DNA from: Geotalea uraniireducens Rf4
Lineage (GTDB): Bacteria > Desulfobacterota > Desulfuromonadia > Geobacterales > Geobacteraceae
Assembly (NCBI RefSeq): GCF_000016745.1
Contig: NC_009483.1
Location: 2,280,001-2,312,000 of the forward strand
Direction: 5' to 3'
DNA: 32,000 nt
A model generated the notes under the pieces. That model ran no database searches and was not told the DNA's origin. It saw only the letters and a list, made by a program, of their open reading frames with translations. The number at the start of each line of letters is the position of its first letter. The first letter of the stretch is position 1. Made by a program: the position numbers and the translations under genes. This document shows positions 1 to 7,512 of the stretch, piece after piece.

Positions 1-5
1 GTAAG

Positions 6-78
6 TGTAAAATTTTTTTACAAGAATGTAAACGCCCTATTGGTGCGGGTTTACGGGGAAGTGTAAAAAAATTTTACA
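6..78. repeat. Two 17-nt A/T-rich quasi-palindromes that are exact reverse complements of each other (TGTAAAATTTTTTTACA 6-22; TGTAAAAAAATTTTACA 62-78)
   Basis: Read directly. The flanks are also similar (AAG on the left, AA on the right). The pair could form one long stem or be two operator-like sites. It lies at the window edge, so upstream context is missing. Confidence 0.55.
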
Positions 79-267
79 ATAAGTCCCCCCCAGTTTCTCC
101 CCCCTTCATGCTCCTGCCCCGTGCTGTCGCTGCCGCATCGGATAATAATTAGAACGTGAATATTCAGCATGTTACGGCCGAATACCGGTGTATTGTCCTA
201 CATTTGAACACTTTTGGCATGTAACGTGATGTTGTATATGAATAAAACATTCAAGGAAGTGTCATAT

Positions 268-831
268 ATGGATCAATTGCTTGTAAAACCGACCATTATT
301 CATCCCCTCTTTATCGACGGTGTGTTGGCGCCTGAGTCTGGCGGGGTGATCGGCATGACCATATGCCCGGGCAAGAAAGACAACGGCTATTTTTCCGGTT
401 TCTGGGAACGGAACCTCGACGCTGACCTTCAGGCGATCAAGGACTGGGGCGCTGTGGCGCTAGTGAGCCTGATTGAAGGGTTTGAATTCAGGTTTCTCCA
501 GGTCCAGGACCTGCCGGAAAAAGCGGGTATCTTCGGCCTGCGCTGGATGCATCTGCCGATCCCGGAAGCGAGCATTCCCGATCAGTCCTTCGAGGAAATA
601 TGGCAGGAAGCTGGTCCGCAGCTCCGTCAGTGGCTCAAAGAGGGAAAGAAGATCGTCCTTCACTGTAATGAGGGATTCGGCCGAACCGGCATCATTGCCG
701 CCAGGTTGCTTGTGGAATTAGGCGTAGAGCCGGATGATGCGATACATTCCACCCGGAAGGCCCGCAGCGGCGCTATTGTAAACGTGCTTCAGGAGAAATA
801 TGTCCGGCAATGCAAATCGTCTGAGGCTTGA
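268..831 (+). CDS. Cys-based protein phosphatase (dual-specificity/PTP-like, CX5R active site)
   Basis: ORF 214..831 contains the signature VLHCNEGFGRTG (H-C-X5-R-T). The ORF-track start at 214 is TTG. I moved the start to ATG 268 because AAGGAAG lies about 8 nt upstream. Confidence 0.75.
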   Translation: MDQLLVKPTIIHPLFIDGVLAPESGGVIGMTICPGKKDNGYFSGFWERNLDADLQAIKDWGAVALVSLIEGFEFRFLQVQDLPEKAGIFGLRWMHLPIPEASIPDQSFEEIWQEAGPQLRQWLKEGKKIVLHCNEGFGRTGIIAARLLVELGVEPDDAIHSTRKARSGAIVNVLQEKYVRQCKSSEA

Positions 832-871
832 TTTTTAAACGGGCAGTTCAGTGTTTCTGCGGCCGGAATTG

Positions 872-1267
872 ATGGATGAAAAGATCCGGAGGTGTAGGTT
901 GTCTGCAAAGCGCATAGTGGTAGTAGATGATAGCAGGGTGGTGTTGAGCGTTGTAACGGATATCCTCGAAGCTGCAGGGCATAATGCAGTTGCAACCCAA
1001 TCGGGTATTGAAGCCAATACATATATCTACGGTCAGCATCCACCAGATCTGATATTGCTTGATGTCGAGATGCCCCTGCTCAACGGAGACAAGAAGGCAA
1101 GTATTTACAAGGCGGATTTGCACCTGAAGAAGACGCCGATAATCCTCATGTCCCATAAAACCGATGCTGAAATGGAGGAACTCTGTCAGTCTTCAGGCGC
1201 TGACGGTTACATTCTGAAACCATTTGAGAAAGATGCGCTTTTGGAACTGTTAAGAAAATATTGTTAG
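872..1267 (+). CDS. Single-domain CheY-like response regulator receiver
   Basis: Receiver hallmarks are present (IVVVDDS, DLILLDVEMPLLNGD, conserved K in ILKPF) and there is no output domain. The start is uncertain (GTG 851 or ATG 872). Confidence 0.8.
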   Translation: MDEKIRRCRLSAKRIVVVDDSRVVLSVVTDILEAAGHNAVATQSGIEANTYIYGQHPPDLILLDVEMPLLNGDKKASIYKADLHLKKTPIILMSHKTDAEMEELCQSSGADGYILKPFEKDALLELLRKYC

Positions 1268-1342
1268 TTTCCCGCCGGTTTACCGTCCACGCTTTAACCA
1301 ATGATAGGTATTGCCTCCCTCCAGCAAAAAAGGAGTAACACC

Positions 1343-1579
1343 ATGGAATTTTTCACGGTTCCCTGTCCCGGCAGGGGTAAGGTCTCAATCAACGGCAGTT
1401 ATCATGGGGAAAACAAGAACGGCTCCGACCTTCACACCTTCCTCTGTGTCGAGGGGCTTCATGACATTACCCTCGTGTGCATGGATGGAAAGCACTGCCA
1501 GGAGCCGTTGCAGCGGGCTCTGATCTCAGACACCAACCTTATCATGCCGCTGGAAGTGCCGTTCGAATGTGCATATTGA
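1343..1579 (+). CDS. Small Cys-rich hypothetical protein
   Basis: ATG 1343 is preceded by AAAAGGAG. The 78-aa product (MEFFTVPCPGRGKVSINGSYHGE...) matches no family I recognise. Its 3' end overlaps a glutaredoxin-like frame. Confidence 0.45.
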   Translation: MEFFTVPCPGRGKVSINGSYHGENKNGSDLHTFLCVEGLHDITLVCMDGKHCQEPLQRALISDTNLIMPLEVPFECAY

Positions 1580-1745
1580 GCGCTTCCTCCCCTACACATC
1601 CTATGACATCAATAAGGACAGCAACGCCGCCCGCACCTTTGCTGAGCTGGGTGGGCGTGGTGTACCAGTGGTCAGGATCGGGGCTAATGTTGTTCATGGT
1701 TATAATCCCGAGGCGGTGATGTCGTATCTTAATGGCGGGAAGTAG
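1524..1745 (+). pseudogene. Glutaredoxin-like (thioredoxin-fold) C-terminal remnant without a usable start codon
   Basis: The frame starting at 1524 reads ...LSCRWKCRSNVHIERFLPYTSYDINKDSNAARTFAELGGRGVPVVRIGANVVHGYNPEAVMSYLNGGK*. The YDI..D....L....GVP...IG...V.G pattern is typical of Grx/NrdH-like proteins. There is no ATG/GTG/TTG upstream of the Cys pair, and the motif is CxxxC rather than CxxC. Confidence 0.5.
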
Positions 1746-1860
1746 GGTTGAAGTTCTTGATTGCCACCTTCCAAGGGTAACTCTCTCATATTCTTCTTGT
1801 AAAACCTGCCCCCCCTTCAGATTTTCCGAACTCCATCAGGTTTTAACGAAATTGATTATG

Positions 1861-1890
1861 TTGCAAGATGTGCATACATTCTTGTATACT
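1861..1890 (+). promoter_or_regulatory. Candidate sigma70-type promoter for the toxin-antitoxin operon (TTGCAA-18 nt-TATACT)
   Basis: TTGCAA at 1861-1866 and TATACT at 1885-1890, about 30 nt upstream of the GGAGG RBS and ATG 1923. Based on pattern match only. Confidence 0.35.
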
Positions 1891-1922
1891 TATATTACCA
1901 CATCAGCTTTGGAGGTGCTTGA

Positions 1923-2168
1923 ATGGCAACAGCAACCGTCAGAATATCCGAGTCAGCCCGGCAAGCCCTGCGGGAGATCGCCCGGCATGATAAAAAGCCG
2001 ATGCAGACTGTTCTGGAGCAGGCCATTGAGTTCTATCACCGGAAATGTTTTTTGGAAGATTTGGCCTCTGACTTTGCCGTCCTGAGAGAGAATGGCCCTG
2101 AATGGCAAGCTGAGCTTGAAGAACGGTCGGCCTGGGATGCGGTGCAACCCGATGGAGGCGACAAATGA
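1923..2168 (+). CDS. Ribbon-helix-helix type antitoxin (partner of MazF/PemK toxin)
   Basis: The 81-aa product has an N-terminus (TVRISESARQALREIARHDKKPMQTVLEQAIEFY) typical of an RHH/CopG fold. Its stop overlaps the toxin start (ATGA at 2165-2168). Confidence 0.75.
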   Translation: MATATVRISESARQALREIARHDKKPMQTVLEQAIEFYHRKCFLEDLASDFAVLRENGPEWQAELEERSAWDAVQPDGGDK

Positions 2169-2509
2169 AGCAGTCCCCTGCACGCGCCGAAATCTGGCTT
2201 GCCGATCTCAATCCCACCCGTGGACGAGAGCAGGCCGGGATGCGCCCTTGCCTGATCGTATCGGTTGATCTCTTCAATCAGAGCCCTGCAGAACTTGCTA
2301 TCGTTATTCCAATAACCAGCCGTAACAAGGGAATTCGTTCTCACGTTCCTCTTGTTCCTCCCGAAGGTGGCGTGCGGGAGCCAAGCTACATAAAGTGCGA
2401 GGATGTCCGCTCCATCTCCTCCGAACGCCTTGTCACCCGCTGGGGCAAAATTAGCGATGCAGTCATGCGTGATGTGGAATACCGTCTGCGGATACTCATG
2501 GGGTTGTAA
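2165..2509 (+). CDS. mazF: MazF/PemK family mRNA interferase toxin
   Basis: The 114-aa product has the classic PemK pattern (GEIWLADLNPTRGREQAGMRPCLIVS..., ITS...). It overlaps the upstream antitoxin gene by 4 nt. Confidence 0.9.
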   Translation: MKQSPARAEIWLADLNPTRGREQAGMRPCLIVSVDLFNQSPAELAIVIPITSRNKGIRSHVPLVPPEGGVREPSYIKCEDVRSISSERLVTRWGKISDAVMRDVEYRLRILMGL

Positions 2510-2709
2510 GGTCTGACGACATGGTTCCGCTGGCTTCGACTCCGCTCAGCCAACAGTATAATCAGGATGGTGAAGGGGATACCTGGCATTAGGGGAGGCA
2601 TAGGGTCAGGCATGCAATCATGCAATTTGAGATTGTATAGCTGCGTGGAAGTAGGGTTAATCAGGCCTGTATTCTTTGCCGCGCGGAGAAAACCCCACTC
2701 GGAGTTACC

Positions 2710-3498
2710 ATGCTCGGTGCAATCGTCGGCGATATCGTCGGCTCGATCTATGAATTCGAAAACATCAAGACCACGGAGTTTCCGCTCTTCAGCCCTTCCT
2801 GCTCCTTTACCGACGACACGGTGCTGACCGTTGCCCTGGCGGAGAGCTTGCTGACGGGGGAGCCCTACGGCGAGGTGATGAAGGCGTACTACCGCCGCTA
2901 TCCCGATGCCGGTTATGGCGGGATGTTCATCCGCTGGGCCGAGTCGGCGGAGAGTCGGCCCTACCAGAGCTGGGGAAATGGCGCGGCCATGCGCATCAGC
3001 CCTGTCGGCTACGTGGCCGCCACCCTGGAGGAGGCGCTGGCGCTGGCAAAGGAGTGTACCGCCATCACCCACGACCACCCGGAGGCGATCAAGGGGGGGC
3101 AGGCCGTGGCAGCGGCGGTCTTTCTCTGCCGCAGGGGGATCGGCAGGGAGGAGCTGCGGGAATATGTCAGCCGGGAGTTCGGCTACGACCTTTCCCGCAC
3201 CTGTGACCAGATCCGCCCCGCATACCGCTTCGATATCTCCTGCCAGGGGACCGTCCCCCAGGCGCTGACCGCCTTTCTGGAGTCGAGCGATTTCGAGCGC
3301 GCCATCCGCCTGGCAGTCTCCCTCGGCGGGGATACGGACACGCTGGCCTGCATTACCGGGGGGATGGCCGGGGCCTTCTACGGCGGCGTGCCGAAGCCGA
3401 TCGCAGAGCAGGCGCGCTCATACCTTGACCCGCCACTGCTGGCGGTGGTGGATGAGTTCGCGAGGCGGTACCCCCCTTTAGCAGTCTGTAGGACTTAG
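2710..3498 (+). CDS. ADP-ribosylglycohydrolase family protein
   Basis: Motifs GAIVGDIVGS...FTDDT at the N-terminus, HDHPEAIKGG, and GGDTDTLACITGGMAGAFYG match the ARH/DraG-like family. The last 4-5 codons and the stop lie inside a repeat copy. Confidence 0.85.
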   Translation: MLGAIVGDIVGSIYEFENIKTTEFPLFSPSCSFTDDTVLTVALAESLLTGEPYGEVMKAYYRRYPDAGYGGMFIRWAESAESRPYQSWGNGAAMRISPVGYVAATLEEALALAKECTAITHDHPEAIKGGQAVAAAVFLCRRGIGREELREYVSREFGYDLSRTCDQIRPAYRFDISCQGTVPQALTAFLESSDFERAIRLAVSLGGDTDTLACITGGMAGAFYGGVPKPIAEQARSYLDPPLLAVVDEFARRYPPLAVCRT

Positions 3499-3518
3499 GA
3501 ATGAATCTACTGCGAGAA
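3486..3518. repeat. Solo copy of the terminal inverted repeat of the element at 10162-10330
   Basis: CTGTAGGACTTAGGAATGAATCTACTGCGAGAA matches the reverse complement of 10290-10322 with 1 mismatch. It overlaps the stop codon (3496-3498) of the ARH gene. Confidence 0.8.
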
Positions 3519-3586
3519 TGGCCAGCCATTTTACAACCTTCAATTGTGCCTCGCAGGGGAAAATTTCCTAATTACGTGATGGGGGC

Positions 3587-4102
3587 TCAACGGCGCTTCT
3601 TACCCTGGGGACTGGGCGGTTTGGCCGCAGTTTTAAATTCAGGTTCATAGCCAACAATGAAGTGGGTGGTGGTATTATTTCGCATGCTCAGGAAATGTGC
3701 ATTGTTTTTATCAAAAGGACAAATGGGCAAACTGCATGGTTCAAAGTCAAACCTTTTGTAATAGCCGGGTTCGCCCAAGACAAACAGGGGCTGGCTTTTG
3801 ATCATTTCCTGCCTTAAGGCAAATCTGAGCAGTTCCGAGCCCACCCCCTGCTTTTGAAAATCGGGTGCCACGGCCATGGGCGCCAGGTGCAACCCGCACA
3901 CGTCGTTGCCATCATAGGCATTGGAAAAGGCGATGTAGGCGATGACCTTATTGGTGTGAATACAAACCCATTCATGTACGGGTTTGCCATTCTCGTGGAA
4001 TTTCTGCACCAGTCCGGCTTCGTATTCACTGCCGGGAAAGGCGCTGCGCAATAGCGCATAGACTTTGGCGCGGTTTTCTTCAGTCAATTTCTGTATTTTC
4101 AT
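3587..4102 (-). CDS. GNAT family N-acetyltransferase (YhbS-like)
   Basis: Contains the acetyl-CoA binding motif region LAPMAVAPDFQKQGVGSELL. The start is set at ATG 4102 (MKIQKL...), which has AAGGA upstream. The ORF-track start at 4147 adds 15 unlikely residues. Confidence 0.8.
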   Translation of the reverse strand: MKIQKLTEENRAKVYALLRSAFPGSEYEAGLVQKFHENGKPVHEWVCIHTNKVIAYIAFSNAYDGNDVCGLHLAPMAVAPDFQKQGVGSELLRFALRQEMIKSQPLFVLGEPGYYKRFDFEPCSLPICPFDKNNAHFLSMRNNTTTHFIVGYEPEFKTAAKPPSPQGKKRR

Positions 4103-4155
4103 AATGAGTGTCCTTGAAAGTCCCGATGTTTCACCTCCGGATACCATATATCAGC

Positions 4156-4188
4156 TTCAAGATTACTTCAAGATTACTCTGATCTTGA
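4156..4188. repeat. Tandem 11-mer TTCAAGATTAC x2 followed by an inverted half-site ATCTTGA in a divergent promoter region
   Basis: Read directly: 4156-4166 and 4167-4177 are identical, and 4182-4188 is the reverse complement of TCAAGAT. It lies between the GNAT gene (-) and rhlE (+). Confidence 0.6.
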
Positions 4189-4368
4189 GTTTACAACCCG
4201 GTATTCATGTGGTAATCGTGAGGCAAATTTTTCTTGGTCTAAGTGGGGTCTGGCTTCTGCGCCTTCCTGACGAACTGGAGGTTGAACGCATAGCGAGGCA
4301 CTCAGCTGATCGCACAAGAAAGCCATTGTCGCCGCACGAGCCGACGTGCTATACATGGAGTACTTCCG

Positions 4369-4403
4369 AACCACAGGGTCCACACCTGTGGTTTTTATTT
4401 TTC
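4369..4403 (+). terminator. Intrinsic-terminator-like hairpin inside the rhlE leader (possible attenuator or end of a small RNA)
   Basis: A 9-bp stem AACCACAGG/CCTGTGGTT with a 7-nt loop is followed by TTTATTTTTC. It sits about 40 nt upstream of the rhlE ATG. There is no + strand CDS upstream that it would terminate. Confidence 0.45.
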
Positions 4404-4442
4404 GAGATAAACTGCCATGCTTACAATTAAGGAGTTCGATCA

Positions 4443-5759
4443 ATGTCTTTTGAATCTCTCGGCCTGCGCGCCGAACTGTTGAGCGCGATTGCCGCCCAGG
4501 GCTATACCACCCCGACACCCATCCAGACCGAGGCGATTCCTGTGATTTTCGAGGGGTGCGACCTGCTTGCCGGCGCCCAGACCGGCACCGGCAAGACTGC
4601 GGCGTTTGCCCTGCCGATCGTGCAGAGGCTGGGTGAAAATATCCCCCCGGACAAACGCCGACGGCCGCGCGCGCTGGTTTTGGTCCCGACCCGCGAGCTG
4701 GCGGCCCAGGTCAGCGAACAGATGAACAATTATGCCCGGCGCCTGTCGCTGCGCTCGACGATGATCTACGGCGGGGTGAACATCCAGGCGCAGATCGAGC
4801 GGCTGCACCGCGGCGTCGATATTGTGGTCGCAACGCCGGGGCGGCTGCTCGATCACGCGGAACGGGGCACCATCAACCTTTCCCGGATCAAGTTCCTGGT
4901 GCTGGACGAGGCCGACCGGATGCTCGATCTGGGATTTATCGACGACATCCACAAGGTGGCGGAGTATCTGCCGGCGAAGCGCCAGACCATGCTCTTTTCG
5001 GCCACCTATTCACAGAGCATCAAGCAGCTTGCCGACGAGTTGCTCGATCAGCCGCGGCGGATCGAGGTGGCGCGCCGCAATATCGCGGCCGACGCGGTCA
5101 CCCAGGCGGTCTATCAGGTGGAAAAGAGCCGCAAGCGGGAAATGCTCTCGTTCCTGATCAGCAAGGGGAACTGGAATCAGGTGCTGGTCTTCGCCCGTAC
5201 CCGCTACGGCGCGGACAAGCTGACCGAAGAACTGCTCTACGATGGGATCAAGGCTGCCGCCATCCACAGCAACAAGAGCCAGTCGATCAGGACGCGTACC
5301 CTGGCGGAGTTCAAGCGGGGTGAGTTTCGCGTGCTGGTGGCGACTGATGTGGCTGCGCGCGGGCTCGACATCGAGCGCCTGCCGCATGTGGTGAATTACG
5401 ATCTCCCCCAGGTTCCCGAAGACTATGTGCATCGGATCGGTCGCACCGGCCGGGCCGGAGAGAACGGGGTTGCCCTCTCGCTGGTAAGCCATGAAGAGCA
5501 GTCACTGCTGCAAGCGATTGAGAAGCTGCTCAAGTATGCCATCCCGCTCCAGACGCTTGCGGAATTTCCGCAGTATGCGGTCAGGCGCGTTGATAAGTCG
5601 AAGGAAATCAAGCCGGGCAATGGACCGTCCAAGACAAGAAAGAGAGTGGAAAAGTCTGCGAAGGCTCCGGCAAAGACCACGACTCCCCAACGGAAAAAAG
5701 TCGTGGCCGAGCGCCCCGCCCCCAAGACCGGTCGCCGGGGGCGCAGGTCGATGCGGTAG
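4443..5759 (+). CDS. rhlE: DEAD-box ATP-dependent RNA helicase, RhlE-like, with basic C-terminal tail
   Basis: Q-motif, [24 protein letters not shown] and [10 protein letters not shown] motifs are all present. AAGGAG lies 8 nt upstream of the ATG. Confidence 0.93.
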   Translation: MSFESLGLRAELLSAIAAQGYTTPTPIQTEAIPVIFEGCDLLAGAQTGTGKTAAFALPIVQRLGENIPPDKRRRPRALVLVPTRELAAQVSEQMNNYARRLSLRSTMIYGGVNIQAQIERLHRGVDIVVATPGRLLDHAERGTINLSRIKFLVLDEADRMLDLGFIDDIHKVAEYLPAKRQTMLFSATYSQSIKQLADELLDQPRRIEVARRNIAADAVTQAVYQVEKSRKREMLSFLISKGNWNQVLVFARTRYGADKLTEELLYDGIKAAAIHSNKSQSIRTRTLAEFKRGEFRVLVATDVAARGLDIERLPHVVNYDLPQVPEDYVHRIGRTGRAGENGVALSLVSHEEQSLLQAIEKLLKYAIPLQTLAEFPQYAVRRVDKSKEIKPGNGPSKTRKRVEKSAKAPAKTTTPQRKKVVAERPAPKTGRRGRRSMR

Positions 5760-5898
5760 GACCAAAGTTTGAGAAGCCTTTCTCTGTGAACCGGAATTTC
5801 AGGCGAAGCAAGATATATCGGGTTTTCGACTCCCGGCATCTTGCCAACACGGCATGGTCGGATAAACTCATGTAAACCGGTACACTGGGAGCGAGGCC

Positions 5899-6309
5899 AT
5901 GGAGTACCTGAAATTAGCGCACGGCACATTCAATTTCCTCGTTATGCTCCTCTTCATCCGCCAGGGATGGCTCGGGTTGCAGATACGCAAACATCGGCTG
6001 ACCGGGACGCCGCTCGTCACGGCCATCAAAAAGCACCGCCAGGCAGGCCCGATCGCTGCGGCCCTGGGCATCTGCGGTTTCTTCGTCGGAATGACCCTGG
6101 CGCTGATCGACCATGGCCGGATATTCCACTATCCCGCGCACTTACTTACCGGGACAACACTGGTGCTCTTCATCAGCGCTTCGTTCCTCGTCTCCCGCAG
6201 ACTGAAGGGGCCGGCGCCGCCGTGGCGAACGGTCCATTTCATTCTCGGTATCGTCATTCTCCTGCTCTACCCGATGCAGGTCCTTCTCGGCCTGGGTATA
6301 TTTCTGTGA
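5899..6309 (+). CDS. Small integral membrane protein (about 4 TM helices, DUF4079-like)
   Basis: The hydrophobic 136-aa ORF is preferred over the overlapping Arg/Pro-rich frame 5841..6314, which looks like a GC-rich wrong-frame artefact. Confidence 0.6.
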   Translation: MEYLKLAHGTFNFLVMLLFIRQGWLGLQIRKHRLTGTPLVTAIKKHRQAGPIAAALGICGFFVGMTLALIDHGRIFHYPAHLLTGTTLVLFISASFLVSRRLKGPAPPWRTVHFILGIVILLLYPMQVLLGLGIFL

Positions 6310-6343
6310 CTTAAGCCGGACAAGCCGGAACAAAAATATTTTA

Positions 6344-6429
6344 TTTCACGCAACCAATAATTTGTTTAAAAGCCTTTCGTCGCTTAAAAGCGCCTACTTT
6401 TGGTGCGTCGTCGCGTAGTTGCGTGAGAC
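6344..6429. repeat. Approx. 86-nt element with terminal inverted repeats (TTTCACGCAAC / GTTGCGTGAGA); its right end shares a 26-nt motif with 10119-10144
   Basis: Arms at 6344-6354 and 6418-6428 are complementary at 10/11 positions. 6404-6429 (TGCGTCGTCGCGTAGTTGCGTGAGAC) matches 10119-10144 at 24/26. Confidence 0.6.
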
Positions 6430-7509
6430 ATGTCTGGGAAGGGAAGGCGGAGGCGGTCTGGAGAGATGGACTGTTCGACGAAGGTGCACCACATCAGGCT
6501 CTTTCCCGGGAATAGACGGGGCTGGCTGGCATTCCTGCTGCGCTGGCTCATCATCGCACTGGTGATCGGTACAGGAGGCTTTTACGTGTTCAGGATGCCC
6601 GGCCGCTCATACGATCTGCCGCTCAAACCGCTGACCAGCGAGGAGGCCGGGCTGCGCGACCGGCTCCGGTCCCATGTCCGGACCCTGGCGGGCGAGATCG
6701 GGGAGCGGAACGTCTGGCGATACGGGGCGCTCCAGGCGGCGGCCGGCTACCTGGAAAATGAACTCGAAAGCTCCGGCTATGCCGTGACCGGCCAGCACTA
6801 CACGGCGAAGGGGAAGGGGGTGCAGAACCTGGAGGCGGAACTCCCGGGCCTAAACGCTAACGCCGGGATGATCATTGTCGGCGCCCACTACGACTCTGTG
6901 TACGGCTCGCCGGGGGCGGACGACAACGGGAGCGGAACGGCGGCAGTCCTCGAGATCGCCCGGCTCCTCAAGGGGAGACCCCTGTCCCGGTCCGTGCGCT
7001 TTGTCCTGTTCGTCAACGAGGAGCCGCCGTTCTTCAAGACCGGCCTGATGGGGAGCCTGGTCTACGCCAAGCGGTCACGGCAGCGCGGAGAAAAGATCGC
7101 CGCCATGCTCTCGCTGGAGACTATCGGCTACTACTCCGATGCGCCGCAGAGCCAGCACTACCCGTTCCCCCTCAATTTCTTCTACCCATCGACCGGCAAC
7201 TTCATCGGCTTCGTCGGGAATATCGGCTCGCGCCGGCTCGTCCACAGGTCGCTTGAGGCCTTCCGCCGCACCACCGCTTTCCCATCCGAGGGGGCCGCGG
7301 TGCCGGGGGGGATCATCGGGGTCGACTGGTCCGATCACTGGTCGTTCTGGCACGAGGGGTATCCGGCCCTCATGGTTACCGATACCGCTCTCTACCGCTA
7401 CAACCAGTACCACGGACCGTTCGATACGCCTGACCGGCTCGATTATGACCGGATGGCGCGGGTGGTTGCCGGACTTGCCCGGGTGGTGGTTGATCTGGCA
7501 CAGAAATAG
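6430..7509 (+). CDS. M28 family metallopeptidase (aminopeptidase-like), N-terminal membrane anchor
   Basis: Contains GAHYDSV, GADDNGSGTAAVLEIARLL and FVLFVNEEPP motifs. The start is uncertain (ATG 6430 abuts the repeat; ATG 6466 has GGAGAG upstream). Confidence 0.85.
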   Translation: MSGKGRRRRSGEMDCSTKVHHIRLFPGNRRGWLAFLLRWLIIALVIGTGGFYVFRMPGRSYDLPLKPLTSEEAGLRDRLRSHVRTLAGEIGERNVWRYGALQAAAGYLENELESSGYAVTGQHYTAKGKGVQNLEAELPGLNANAGMIIVGAHYDSVYGSPGADDNGSGTAAVLEIARLLKGRPLSRSVRFVLFVNEEPPFFKTGLMGSLVYAKRSRQRGEKIAAMLSLETIGYYSDAPQSQHYPFPLNFFYPSTGNFIGFVGNIGSRRLVHRSLEAFRRTTAFPSEGAAVPGGIIGVDWSDHWSFWHEGYPALMVTDTALYRYNQYHGPFDTPDRLDYDRMARVVAGLARVVVDLAQK

Positions 7510-7512
7510 GGT

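Noticed and set aside
1732-2085. 117-aa plus-strand ORF overlapping the antitoxin gene
   Set aside because: It is out of frame with the well-supported RHH antitoxin, has no RBS, and its translation has no recognisable features.
2386-3078. 230-aa minus-strand ORF spanning the mazF end and the ARH start
   Set aside because: It overlaps two well-supported plus-strand genes and an intergenic region, and its translation is an Arg/Gly/Ala-rich shadow.
2165-3498. MazF plus ADP-ribosylglycohydrolase as a DarTG-like ADP-ribosylation toxin-antitoxin system
   Set aside because: No ADP-ribosyltransferase (DarT-like) gene is present. MazF already has its own antitoxin. A 200-nt gap separates the genes, and the ARH gene has its own RBS.
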